Shown one piece after another: positions 38,626-46,161 of a stretch of DNA of 64,000 nt; position 1 is the stretch's first letter; each line of letters begins with the position of its first letter. The notes beneath the pieces were generated by a model. That model was not told where the DNA came from, searched no databases, and saw only the letters and a list, made by a program, of their open reading frames with translations. The DNA comes from Selenomonadaceae bacterium (GTDB taxonomy: Bacteria; Bacillota; Negativicutes; Selenomonadales; Selenomonadaceae), in assembly GCA_017515635.1 (NCBI GenBank), contig JAFWFO010000001.1:1162-65161 (forward strand). Direction: 5' to 3'. Position numbers and translations under genes: made by a program.

Positions 38626-39243
38626 TTGAAACGAGAACTTGAACATTTTTATATCGGCGACTCTTACGGCGGGCAACAGGAATGGTATTCGCGCCTGACG
38701 AATTTCGGAATGCACATCGGCGGCTGCGCGGCGATAACTGCCTGCGACTGTTCGATTTACTTCACGAAATATTTCGGGCGCAAACTTTATCCGTTCGACG
38801 CGCAAAATCTCACTAAGGTTGAGTATTTGGAGTTCGGTAAAATTATGGAGCCGTACTTGTATCCGCGCTGGTCGGGCGTCGACAAACTGGAAATTTACAT
38901 TGACGGCTACGGCAGATTTCTGCGCGACCATGACGAAAAATCTTTGACGCTTGCGCCGTGGTCGGGTGAAAATTCTTTCGAGGACACGCGGGAAATTGTT
39001 CGCCGACAAATTGACGCGGGCTTTCCGATACCCTGCCTGACGCTGAATCACCACGAGCCGGCACTTGAAGATTACAACTGGCACTGGTTTATTTTGAACG
39101 CTTACGACGAATGCGACGGGAAATTTTTCGTCAAGGCGGTGACTTACGGCGTCGGGCGTTGGTTCGACTTGCAGACGTTGTGGGACACGGGCTATCAGCG
39201 TAAAGGCGGCTTGATTTTGTTCGGATTTGACAGCAAAAATTAA
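38626..39243 (+). CDS. hypothetical protein, possibly a papain-like Cys/His fold
   Basis: 205 aa. GGCAAITACD and NWHWFILNAY give a Cys...His arrangement reminiscent of C39-like or BtrH-like peptidases. This rests on weak recognition only. Confidence 0.4.
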   Translation: MKRELEHFYIGDSYGGQQEWYSRLTNFGMHIGGCAAITACDCSIYFTKYFGRKLYPFDAQNLTKVEYLEFGKIMEPYLYPRWSGVDKLEIYIDGYGRFLRDHDEKSLTLAPWSGENSFEDTREIVRRQIDAGFPIPCLTLNHHEPALEDYNWHWFILNAYDECDGKFFVKAVTYGVGRWFDLQTLWDTGYQRKGGLILFGFDSKN

Positions 39244-39281
39244 TAATGTTATCTTTAATCGCAAAACTTGGGGCGGAGCGA
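39225..39281 (+). repeat. direct repeat copy 1 (rib promoter plus the first ~20 nt of the FMN aptamer)
   Basis: TTTGACAGCAAAAATTAATnnTGTTATCTTTAATCGCnAAACTTGGGGCGGAGCGA recurs at 39363-39419 with 3 mismatches. Confidence 0.85.
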
Positions 39282-39355
39282 CCCGCTTTAAAAGCGGGGG
39301 AACAGTTGGCGTAACTCGCAACGCTGTTACCGCGTCCCGACGTTTCAATCGACAC
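39282..39355 (+). repeat. dispersed intergenic element, copy B
   Basis: CCCGCTTTAAAAGCGGGGGAACAGTTGG is shared with 4204-4228 (+) and 51087-51113 (-). A hairpin CCCGC-TTTAAAA-GCGGG is present. Confidence 0.75.
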
Positions 39356-39364
39356 GCAAAAAAT

Positions 39365-39393
39365 TTGACAGCAAAAATTAATCGTGTTATCTT
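39365..39393 (+). promoter_or_regulatory. rib operon promoter TTGACA-17nt-TATCTT
   Basis: Consensus -35 at 39365-70, a 17-nt spacer and a weak -10 at 39388-93, immediately 5' of the FMN aptamer P1. Confidence 0.55.
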
Positions 39394-39401
39394 TAATCGC
39401 G

Positions 39402-39594
39402 AAACTTGGGGCGGAGCGAAATTCTCCACCGGCGGTGACAGTCCGCGAGCCTTTTTTCAGTTAGGAATTTGGAATTAGGAATTAGGAATTAGTTGAACGA
39501 CTTAATTCCTAACTGCTAACTCCTCACTCCTAATTAAAAAGGTTGACTCGGCGAAATTCCGAGACCGACGGTTAAAGTCCGGATGTGAAAGTTT
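39402..39594 (+). promoter_or_regulatory. FMN riboswitch (RFN element) aptamer with an enlarged variable hairpin
   Basis: P1 is AAACUU/AAGUUU. The conserved blocks are GGGGCGGAGCGAAAUUCUCCACCGGCGGU, AGUCCGCGAGCC and GGCGAAAUUCCGAGACCGACGGUUAAAGUCCGGAUG.GA.AG. A ~90-nt heptamer-repeat hairpin sits in the variable loop. Confidence 0.9.
39459..39538 (+). repeat. AATTAGG heptamer-repeat hairpin
   Basis: AGTTAGGAATTTGGAATTAGGAATTAGGAATTA-loop-TAATTCCTAACTGCTAACTCCTCAC. The 33-nt left arm is identical to the reverse complement of part of 62941-63016. Confidence 0.85.
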
Positions 39595-39612
39595 TGCAAA
39601 CATCAATTTGAA

Positions 39613-39652
39613 TTTACCCGCCCGAAGTGTAAAAATTTTTGGGCGGTTTTTG
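39613..39652 (+). terminator. riboswitch expression-platform terminator
   Basis: CCGCCC-17-nt loop-GGGCGG followed by TTTTT, 17 nt before the first ORF. Confidence 0.75.
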
Positions 39653-39668
39653 ATTGGAGGGTTTGACC

Positions 39669-40355
39669 ATGAAAAAAATTTTTGTCCTTGGCGTCATGTT
39701 GAGCCTGCTTTTCGTCGCGCAGTCGGCTTTCGCAATGACGTTTCAACAGCCCGTCAAGATCGGCAGAATCGGTTTCCCGGTTCAAGCACCGTATCACGGA
39801 TTAATTATTGACGGCGCTAATTATAATGACGGCACGCCTTACCGCGAAAAAAGCAATAAAACAACTTACACGAAAGGCACGGCGCGTTTCGGCGAAGGGA
39901 CGAACGCTCTTTGGTGCAGATATAATTTTGAGCGAAAAAATTCCGCTGATTGTTTCATTAAATTCGGCGGCGCGAATGATTTTGTCTTGACTCAATACAT
40001 CGCTGACAAAGAGATTTTCCGAATCGACAACGACGCAGGCGTCGCGCTCTATGCAAGTTATCATATTTATTGCGTAACCGATTTGAAAATCCTCGGCACG
40101 CGAAAAGATGGCAAATGGGTTGTTTACATTGACAGTAAAAAAATCAGCGATAAATATTTTGGCGGCAAGGATTCTTACAAATTGGACGGCGGCGTTCTCT
40201 ACGAAGTGCCAACCTGCGCGGGAGATACGTTGATTGTTCAATATCGTCGCTGGCATTGGTCAACTAACGGCGGCATATCTGAGCCCGAAGGCGAATTCCG
40301 TTTCAAGTGGGACGACAAGGCGCAGTGGTTCGGCGTCGAGCAGATTGTTTATTGA
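39669..40355 (+). CDS. secreted protein of unknown function, rib-operon paralog 1
   Basis: Signal peptide MKKIFVLGVMLSLLFVAQSAFA|MTFQQPVK, and the C-terminus [21 protein letters not shown]. Paralogous to 41005..41688 and 42440..43162. Confidence 0.8.
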   Translation: MKKIFVLGVMLSLLFVAQSAFAMTFQQPVKIGRIGFPVQAPYHGLIIDGANYNDGTPYREKSNKTTYTKGTARFGEGTNALWCRYNFERKNSADCFIKFGGANDFVLTQYIADKEIFRIDNDAGVALYASYHIYCVTDLKILGTRKDGKWVVYIDSKKISDKYFGGKDSYKLDGGVLYEVPTCAGDTLIVQYRRWHWSTNGGISEPEGEFRFKWDDKAQWFGVEQIVY

Positions 40356-40364
40356 GGTGACGAA

Positions 40365-40991
40365 ATGTTCACTGGGATTGTTGAGGAAGTCGGCAAGCTC
40401 AGAAGTTTGGACGGCGGGCGAATCGAAATTTCTTGCGCGAAAGTTTTGGACGACGTGAAAATCGGCGACAGCATAAACACGAACGGAATTTGCTTGACGG
40501 TCGTCGACTTCGGCGAAAATTTTTTTGCGGCAGACGTAATGCCTGAAACTTTCCGCAAAACTTCGCTTGACGAATTGAAACGCGGCGGCATTGTAAATCT
40601 TGAACGCGCCTTGAAAGTCGGCGACAGATTCGGCGGGCACATCGTCAGCGGGCACATTGACGGCGTCGGAAAAATTTTGAGCATTCGTCCCGAAGGCAAC
40701 GCGGTTTTGATCGACGTGGCGGCAGAAAATTTTTTGCTCCGACAAATCGCGTCGAAAGGTTCCGTTGCGCTTGACGGAATTAGTTTGACGGTCGTGGACG
40801 CGGGCAACGAAAAATTTTCCGTGTCGATGATTCCGCACACTCGCGCCGTCACGAACTTTCAATCTAAGCGCGTCGGCAGTCCCGTCAACATTGAAACGGA
40901 CGTTTTGGCAAAGTATGTCGAACGCTTGCTTAATTTCAAAACTTCCGCAAACGTGACGAAAAATTTTTTGGAGGCGAACGGTTTCATTTAA
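40365..40991 (+). CDS. ribE: riboflavin synthase (alpha chain)
   Basis: MFTGIVEE.G.........I.......L.D.K.GDSI..NG.CLTV, plus the internal duplication (GHIVSGHIDG...DGISLTVV). Confidence 0.93.
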   Translation: MFTGIVEEVGKLRSLDGGRIEISCAKVLDDVKIGDSINTNGICLTVVDFGENFFAADVMPETFRKTSLDELKRGGIVNLERALKVGDRFGGHIVSGHIDGVGKILSIRPEGNAVLIDVAAENFLLRQIASKGSVALDGISLTVVDAGNEKFSVSMIPHTRAVTNFQSKRVGSPVNIETDVLAKYVERLLNFKTSANVTKNFLEANGFI

Positions 40992-41004
40992 GGATGGATT
41001 GATC

Positions 41005-41688
41005 ATGAAAAAATTTTTACTCGGCGTCGTTTTAAGCGTGCTTTTCGTCGCGCAGTCGGCTTTCGCCATGACTTTTCAACAGCCCGTCAAGCTTGGTGAT
41101 TTTGTTTGGAAGCAAGTTCACCATAACAGCTTTGAAATTAAAGGCGCGACTTACAACAGTGGGCAATCGAACGTTGAGCCACGCTCGGGTAGGATTTATT
41201 ATACAAAAGGCGTTGCGCGCTTTGGTGACGGCGATTCGGCGATCTGGTTACACTATAACAAAGAAAATCGTCCTCCTTTTGGAAAACTTGGCGGACAAAA
41301 TTTCAATAACGTCTTGTCTGAAGATTTTTTGGGAACAGGCTACGAAATTTTTTTTATCGGCGAAGAGCGTGGCTTTAAATTTTACGCCATCAGGGGCGGC
41401 TACGACCTTCCTTCCGCTCAATTTCGTTACGAGTACGACATTATAGGGCGCAAGCCGGATGGTACTTGGGTTAAATATCTCAACACGGGAAAACTTTTGA
41501 AGCAGTACATCGGCAAAGATTACGCCTGTTCGATTCAAAACGTTACGACATCGGGCAATACGATCATCATGCAATACAAAATTCTGGAATATAAACTCAG
41601 ACGCGTGACAGACGGTCGTTGCGGCGAACTTCGATTCAAATGGGACGAGACGGCGCAGTGGTTCGGCGTCGAACAAGTGAGGTACTGA
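41005..41688 (+). CDS. secreted protein of unknown function, rib-operon paralog 2
   Basis: Signal peptide ..VLFVAQSAFA|MTFQQPVK, and the C-terminus [21 protein letters not shown]. Confidence 0.8.
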   Translation: MKKFLLGVVLSVLFVAQSAFAMTFQQPVKLGDFVWKQVHHNSFEIKGATYNSGQSNVEPRSGRIYYTKGVARFGDGDSAIWLHYNKENRPPFGKLGGQNFNNVLSEDFLGTGYEIFFIGEERGFKFYAIRGGYDLPSAQFRYEYDIIGRKPDGTWVKYLNTGKLLKQYIGKDYACSIQNVTTSGNTIIMQYKILEYKLRRVTDGRCGELRFKWDETAQWFGVEQVRY

Positions 41689-41689
41689 A

Positions 41690-42424
41690 ATGAAAATTTT
41701 CAAAAAATTAATCGCAGTCGTCGCGGCAATGATTTTTCTGTCGAACACGGCAATCGCTCAACGGCACGAAAGCCCCAAATCTTGGCTGAAATATCTTTCG
41801 GGCGATTGGTACGACAACAACGGCAAGCTTGTCCTGTCGATTCACGACGGCTACATCAACGGTTGCAAAATTTTGTACTGCCAACGCGTGGCGGGTGGAG
41901 GCGGTTTGGCGGGCGGCGATTTTTGTATTTCGGAGGGCGCGGGCAACAGGTTGATTCATCTGTCGTGGAATATTCAACATCAACAATCCGATTCATTGGC
42001 AGTCGACAGGCGGCAAACTCTCCACAAATTTTTTCCATTCCATTTCGAGTCGGTCGGCGGAGTTCATCTGGGCATGACGCGGGACGAAGTCAACAAAAAA
42101 CTCGGCAACGACATCAAGAAAATTTCCAAAAGCGAAGTTACCAGATTAACGGGCGACACTTTCGGTTTTGACGACACATGGTTTGTTGAAAAACTCGGAG
42201 TAATACTGACGTTCGAGGCGGGCAGCGTTGACAGAATAATTCTGTTGAAGTCGAGTAAAAATGTTTTGGAGCATTCGCGCCTGAATTGTTCAAACAGTTT
42301 AAAAGAATTTGCCGCCGCATATCAAAAGCCGCTCCCAAAGAAATATTTAGGCATCGGGCACGGCGAACATATTTCTTTCGGCGAAGGAATGCGTTATATC
42401 ATGCTGTCGAATTACAACAACTGA
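41690..42424 (+). CDS. secreted protein of unknown function (244 aa, unrelated to the paralog family)
   Basis: Signal peptide MKIFKKLIAVVAAMIFLSNTAIA|Q. Its start is 1 nt after the upstream stop. Confidence 0.65.
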   Translation: MKIFKKLIAVVAAMIFLSNTAIAQRHESPKSWLKYLSGDWYDNNGKLVLSIHDGYINGCKILYCQRVAGGGGLAGGDFCISEGAGNRLIHLSWNIQHQQSDSLAVDRRQTLHKFFPFHFESVGGVHLGMTRDEVNKKLGNDIKKISKSEVTRLTGDTFGFDDTWFVEKLGVILTFEAGSVDRIILLKSSKNVLEHSRLNCSNSLKEFAAAYQKPLPKKYLGIGHGEHISFGEGMRYIMLSNYNN

Positions 42425-42439
42425 ACGGAGGTTTTCACC

Positions 42440-43162
42440 ATGAAAAAAATTTTTGTCGCCGTCGTCGTGAGCGTGCTTTTTGTCGCGCAAACCGCTTTGG
42501 CAATGACGTTTCAACAGCCCGTGAAAGTCGGCAGGGTCAGCGGAACACCTCAAGGCGGTTTCAGCATTGACGGCGCATCTTATAACAACGGCACTTCATT
42601 TCAAAACGGGAAATTGGATAAACAATGGGGCAAGCTTTACGAAAAAGGAATTGCCCGTTTCGGTGACGGCGATGCCGCGTTGTACATGCATTACGATTGT
42701 TCGCCGAACAAAAGTCGACAGTATTGGGACGCTTACGCGCCAAAATTCGGTGACAAGGACGCCAAAAGAACTGTTTCATTGTGGGCTGGCGAAGGCGAAA
42801 CCGTTACGATATACACAACAAAAAATGACGGCAATGTCACTTTGTATTTGCTCAGGGGTGAAGGTCCGATAGCGGGAACGACAAATTACATTCTTCTTGG
42901 CAGACGCTCGGACGGGATTTTTGTCAAATATTTCGACTTGGAAGACATAAACATCAAATACTTTGGCTTGCAAAAAAACAAATACGGCACGACGAGAGGA
43001 CGTTTGAGCCCGTGGTATAAAAACCTTCGTTGTCAAGGCGATACGATTATAATCGATTACGAACGTTCACACGGGCGGAGCGGTTACGTCAAAGAGGGCG
43101 AATTCCGTTTCAAGTGGGACGAGGCGGCGCAGTGGTTCGGCGTCGAACAAATTATCTATTGA
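42440..43162 (+). CDS. secreted protein of unknown function, rib-operon paralog 3
   Basis: Signal peptide ..[10 protein letters not shown]|MTFQQPVK, and the C-terminus [21 protein letters not shown]. Confidence 0.8.
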   Translation: MKKIFVAVVVSVLFVAQTALAMTFQQPVKVGRVSGTPQGGFSIDGASYNNGTSFQNGKLDKQWGKLYEKGIARFGDGDAALYMHYDCSPNKSRQYWDAYAPKFGDKDAKRTVSLWAGEGETVTIYTTKNDGNVTLYLLRGEGPIAGTTNYILLGRRSDGIFVKYFDLEDINIKYFGLQKNKYGTTRGRLSPWYKNLRCQGDTIIIDYERSHGRSGYVKEGEFRFKWDEAAQWFGVEQIIY

Positions 43163-43175
43163 GGTGAAAATTTTT

Positions 43176-44369
43176 ATGAGTGAATTTGCAACGATTGAGC
43201 AGGCTATTGACGACATTAAGCGCGGCAAGATGATTGTTGTTGTCGACGACGAAGACCGCGAAAACGAAGGCGACTTGATTGTTGCCGCCGAGACCGTCAC
43301 GCCCGCCGACATAAATTTTATGGCGACGCACGCCAAAGGTTTGATTTGCACGCCCATTGACGGCAAACGCCTTGACGAACTGGAAATCGGGCAGATGGTC
43401 ACCAACAACACCGACAATCACGAAACGGCCTTCACGGTGTCGATTGACGCTTACGACACGGACACGGGCATTTCCGCTTACGAACGCTGTCACACGATTA
43501 AAATGTTGCTTGACCCTGCCGCGAAGTCTTCAAGTTTTCGTCGACCGGGTCACGTCTTCCCGCTACGTTCGGTTGAGGGCGGAGTTTTGCGCCGCGCCGG
43601 TCACACGGAGACGACAACCGACCTTGCGCGATTGGCGGGCTTTTATCCTGCGGGTTTGTGTTGCGAAATTATGGATGACGACGGGCACATGATGCGCACG
43701 GAAAATCTTAAAAAATTCGCGGACAAACACGGGCTGAACATTATCAGTGTTCGGGCGTTGATTGAATATCGCAAGCGCACGGAAAAATTCGTCAAGCAAA
43801 TTGCCGACGTGGATTTTCCCAGCAAGTACGGGCATTTTCGGCTTAAAGCTTATGAAAGCACGCTTGACGGCAAATGTCATCTGGCGATTGTCAAAGGCGA
43901 CGTTGCGGGCAAGTCGAACGTTTTGGTTCGCGTGCATTCGGAGTGCCTGACGGGCGACGCGTTGGGAAGTTTGCGTTGTGATTGCGGCGATCAACTTGCC
44001 ACGGCGCTGAAAAAAATCGACGCGGCGGGCGAAGGCGTTTTGCTTTACATGCGGCAGGAAGGTCGCGGAATCGGACTTGCCAACAAAATTCGGGCTTACG
44101 CACTTCAAGACGCGGGCAAAGACACTGTCGAAGCGAACGTTATTTTGGGATTCAAGCCCGATCTTCGCGATTACGGTATCGGCGCGCAGATTCTTTCCGA
44201 CTTGGGCTTGACGACGATAAAACTTTTGACGAACAATCCCGCCAAACGCGCAGGACTTGAAGGGCACGGCTTGACTATAACCGAACGCGTCCCGATTGTC
44301 ATTGCGCCGACGAAGTTCGATAAAAATTATCTCACCGTCAAAAAAACTAAAATGGGTCACGTATTGTAA
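43176..44369 (+). CDS. ribBA: bifunctional 3,4-dihydroxy-2-butanone-4-phosphate synthase / GTP cyclohydrolase II
   Basis: [11 protein letters not shown] (DHBP synthase), and [20 protein letters not shown] (the GCH II zinc site). Confidence 0.95.
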   Translation: MSEFATIEQAIDDIKRGKMIVVVDDEDRENEGDLIVAAETVTPADINFMATHAKGLICTPIDGKRLDELEIGQMVTNNTDNHETAFTVSIDAYDTDTGISAYERCHTIKMLLDPAAKSSSFRRPGHVFPLRSVEGGVLRRAGHTETTTDLARLAGFYPAGLCCEIMDDDGHMMRTENLKKFADKHGLNIISVRALIEYRKRTEKFVKQIADVDFPSKYGHFRLKAYESTLDGKCHLAIVKGDVAGKSNVLVRVHSECLTGDALGSLRCDCGDQLATALKKIDAAGEGVLLYMRQEGRGIGLANKIRAYALQDAGKDTVEANVILGFKPDLRDYGIGAQILSDLGLTTIKLLTNNPAKRAGLEGHGLTITERVPIVIAPTKFDKNYLTVKKTKMGHVL

Positions 44370-44449
44370 GCTTTTAGCTTATGAGCTTTAAGCTTTAAGT
44401 AAAATTTTCGTCACTCCCTTAAAGCTCAAAGCTTGCAGTTTAAAGCTAA
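44366..44449 (+). repeat. AAGCTTT heptamer-repeat hairpin between ribBA and ribH
   Basis: The arms GAGCTTTAAGCTTTAAG and CTTAAAGCTCAAAGCTT flank a ~18-nt loop. The ribBA stop TAA begins the repeat. Confidence 0.8.
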
Positions 44450-44468
44450 TTTTTCGGAGGCGATTTAC

Positions 44469-44951
44469 TTGAAAATTTACGAAGGCAACATCAGCGGCCG
44501 CGATTTAAAATTTGCGATTGTCGTCGCAAGGTTTAACGAATTCATCACGAGCAAACTTTTGAGCGGCGCGATTGACGCGTTGAAACGTCACGAGACGCCC
44601 GAAGAAAATATTTCCGTCGCATGGGTGCCGGGCGCGTTTGAAATTCCGTTGGTTGCCAAAAAGTTGGCGGAGACCAAAAATTTCGACGCGATAATTTGTC
44701 TGGGCTGTGTGATTCGCGGATCGACAACGCATTATGATTACGTCTGCAACGAAGTTTCCAAAGGCGTGGCTCAAGTTGGTTTGCAAAGCGGCATTCCGAC
44801 AATTTTCGGCGTCGTCACAACCGAAAACATTCAACAGGCGATTGAACGTTCCGGCACGAAAGCCGGCAACAAAGGTTTTGACGCGGCGATTTCAGCAATG
44901 GAAATGGCAAACCTGTTAAAAAATCTTCCGAGCGTCGAAATAAATTTTTGA
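44469..44951 (+). CDS. ribH: 6,7-dimethyl-8-ribityllumazine synthase
   Basis: ..[20 protein letters not shown]........V.WVPGAFE.P......A......DA.ICLG.VIRG.T.HYDYV. TTG start behind GGAGG; the track start is 44433. Confidence 0.93.
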   Translation: MKIYEGNISGRDLKFAIVVARFNEFITSKLLSGAIDALKRHETPEENISVAWVPGAFEIPLVAKKLAETKNFDAIICLGCVIRGSTTHYDYVCNEVSKGVAQVGLQSGIPTIFGVVTTENIQQAIERSGTKAGNKGFDAAISAMEMANLLKNLPSVEINF

Positions 44952-45032
44952 GCGATTCTTTCGCGGCGACAAAATTTGAATTGCGACAAGGACGCGTAGC
45001 GTCAACTGTTTGGTTACTTTTTAAAAGTAACC

Positions 45033-45067
45033 AAAAAAACCCTCTCCAAATTCGGAGGGGGCTTTTT
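45033..45067. terminator. bidirectional terminator after ribH and the zinc-ribbon gene
   Basis: CCCTCTCC-loop-GGAGGGGG, flanked by A7 and T5. Confidence 0.75.
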
Positions 45068-45082
45068 CGTTGCAAGTTGACA

Positions 45083-45298
45083 TCAAGATTTTTTCTGTTT
45101 GGCAATGACGCTGACGGTATCTTCGTCTTCATCAATTTCCGCGCCGCAACGCGGACAACATTCGTATTCGGTGCCGTCGGGCAAAGAGCGTCTCCCCTTG
45201 CATTTTTGGCAGAAAATCAGCGAGCAACGTTTGCACTCCAAAATTTCGCCAAAATCTTTGCGCCCGCATTTCGGACAGCTGACATATTCTTTCGCCAT
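45083..45298 (-). CDS. zinc-ribbon protein (71 aa, four CxxC pairs)
   Basis: CPKC..., CKRC..., CQKC... and CPRC, with an acidic tail. Confidence 0.6.
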   Translation of the reverse strand: MAKEYVSCPKCGRKDFGEILECKRCSLIFCQKCKGRRSLPDGTEYECCPRCGAEIDEDEDTVSVIAKQKKS

Positions 45299-45314
45299 GA
45301 TAAATCGCCTCCGT

Positions 45315-45650
45315 TCAATAGTGCGGATTCGCTTTGACGTAATCGACGGGGCGGCTCCAATCGACGTGAACGCCCGTAGCCTCCCAAAGCCGCGTCAAAA
45401 CAATTTTCAAACTCTCTGCGCTTTTGTTGGCATCGAAAGTTTCTTCGGTGAAGTCCAACAGTGTTTCGTGCGGAACTTTTATTTCGTGCGGCGTCGACAA
45501 AAATTCTTCGGCAAGCTTTTTGCCTTCGTCGTCGCCCAAAAAAACTTTTGCGCGTTTTTCCGCTTCGTCGTATTCAACCCAGCCGAGACTTCCTTTGAAA
45601 CTTATCGCCACGCTGAAATTCTCCAAACAAATCAACTCCCTGAAACTCAC
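45315..45650 (-). CDS. hypothetical protein (111 aa)
   Basis: GTG start with no clear RBS, and no recognisable motif. It is preceded by a TTGACG-16-TAAAAT promoter-like sequence. Confidence 0.45.
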   Translation of the reverse strand: MSFRELICLENFSVAISFKGSLGWVEYDEAEKRAKVFLGDDEGKKLAEEFLSTPHEIKVPHETLLDFTEETFDANKSAESLKIVLTRLWEATGVHVDWSRPVDYVKANPHY

Positions 45651-45699
45651 TTAAATATATCTGCCGATAATTTTAGCAAAAAAATTTCAACCGTCAACG

Positions 45700-45733
45700 A
45701 AAAAACCCCCCGACATTTGCCGAAGGGTTTTTT
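45700..45733 (-). terminator. cassette terminator (copy 1 of 3)
   Basis: The minus strand reads CCCTTCG-GCAAATGT-CGGGGGG plus a T-run. The same design occurs at 46107 and 46683. Confidence 0.75.
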
Positions 45734-45750
45734 GTTTGCGTTGCGACTTA

Positions 45751-45966
45751 TTAACTGGTTATCCAGTCCCAAGCCTGTTTAATCTTGTCACCAAGTGCAC
45801 TGCCGCCCGCCACGTTGTCGAGTTCCTCGTCGCTGAGTTGCTCCAAATCGTAGCCTTCAGCCTTCGCCAGCGCGATTGCTTGCGACTCGTTTTCCACGCC
45901 TTTGAATTTTGCGGCAAATTCCGCGTCGCTCTCGATTCTTGATTTAAATTCCTTGAAACCTTTCAT
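45751..45966 (-). CDS. Nif11-type double-glycine leader peptide precursor (16-aa core SALGDKIKQAWDWITS)
   Basis: MKGFKEFKSRIESDAEFAAKFKGVENESQAIALAKAEGYDLEQLSDEELDNVAGG|SALGDKIKQAWDWITS. It has the Nif11 N-terminal helix pattern and the LSDEEL..VAGG cleavage motif. Confidence 0.75.
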   Translation of the reverse strand: MKGFKEFKSRIESDAEFAAKFKGVENESQAIALAKAEGYDLEQLSDEELDNVAGGSALGDKIKQAWDWITS

Positions 45967-46009
45967 GATTATCATCCTCTAAATTGTAAATTGTTTCTTT
46001 CTGCACCTT

Positions 46010-46036
46010 ATACGTTGGAGTTCCGATTTCGTTACA
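46010..46036 (-). promoter_or_regulatory. ECF-sigma-like promoter TGTAAC-16nt-CGTAT (upstream of the Nif11 precursor)
   Basis: The minus strand reads TGTAAC (46036-31), a 16-nt spacer, then CGTAT (46014-10). A sigma-A-like TTGCGG-16-TAAAGT lies just upstream. Confidence 0.45.
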
Positions 46037-46074
46037 CACTTTAGCAGAAAATTTTTCAGCCGCAAAGAATTTTT

Positions 46075-46107
46075 CATTACGCATTACGAATTACGCATTA
46101 CGCATTG
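46075..46107 (-). repeat. GCGTAAT heptamer tandem repeat (4-5 units)
   Basis: The minus strand reads CAATGCGTAATGCGTAATTCGTAATGCGTAATG, with a 7-nt period. Confidence 0.85.
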
Positions 46108-46144
46108 AAAAAACCCTCCGACATTTGCCGAAGGGCTTTTTTTA
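46107..46144 (-). terminator. cassette terminator (copy 2 of 3)
   Basis: The minus strand reads CCCTTCG-GCAAATGT-CGGAGGG plus T6. Confidence 0.75.
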
Positions 46145-46161
46145 CTGCCGAGACGATTTTT

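Noticed and set aside
39282-39300. A tRNA-like anticodon stem-loop (CCCGC-TTTAAAA-GCGGG, with U33 and a UAA anticodon) in the dispersed element.
   Set aside because: There is no acceptor stem, D-arm or GTTCGAATC-type T-arm around it, and copy A has lost the stem. It is not a tRNA.
38476-39429. A 317-aa minus-strand ORF spanning the ctsR end, the 205-aa ORF and the rib leader.
   Set aside because: It is antisense to supported genes and runs through the riboswitch and repeat region. Its composition is extremely Arg/Pro-rich.
39227-39478. An 83-aa plus-strand ORF (..WGGATRFKSGGTVGVT..).
   Set aside because: It simply translates the duplicated promoter, the dispersed repeat and the FMN aptamer. 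The 'conserved' RFKSGGTVG peptide is a by-product of the DNA repeat.
40260-41069. A 269-aa minus-strand ORF across ribE.
   Set aside because: It is antisense to ribE and to the start of paralog 2. It has no motif and is a shadow ORF.
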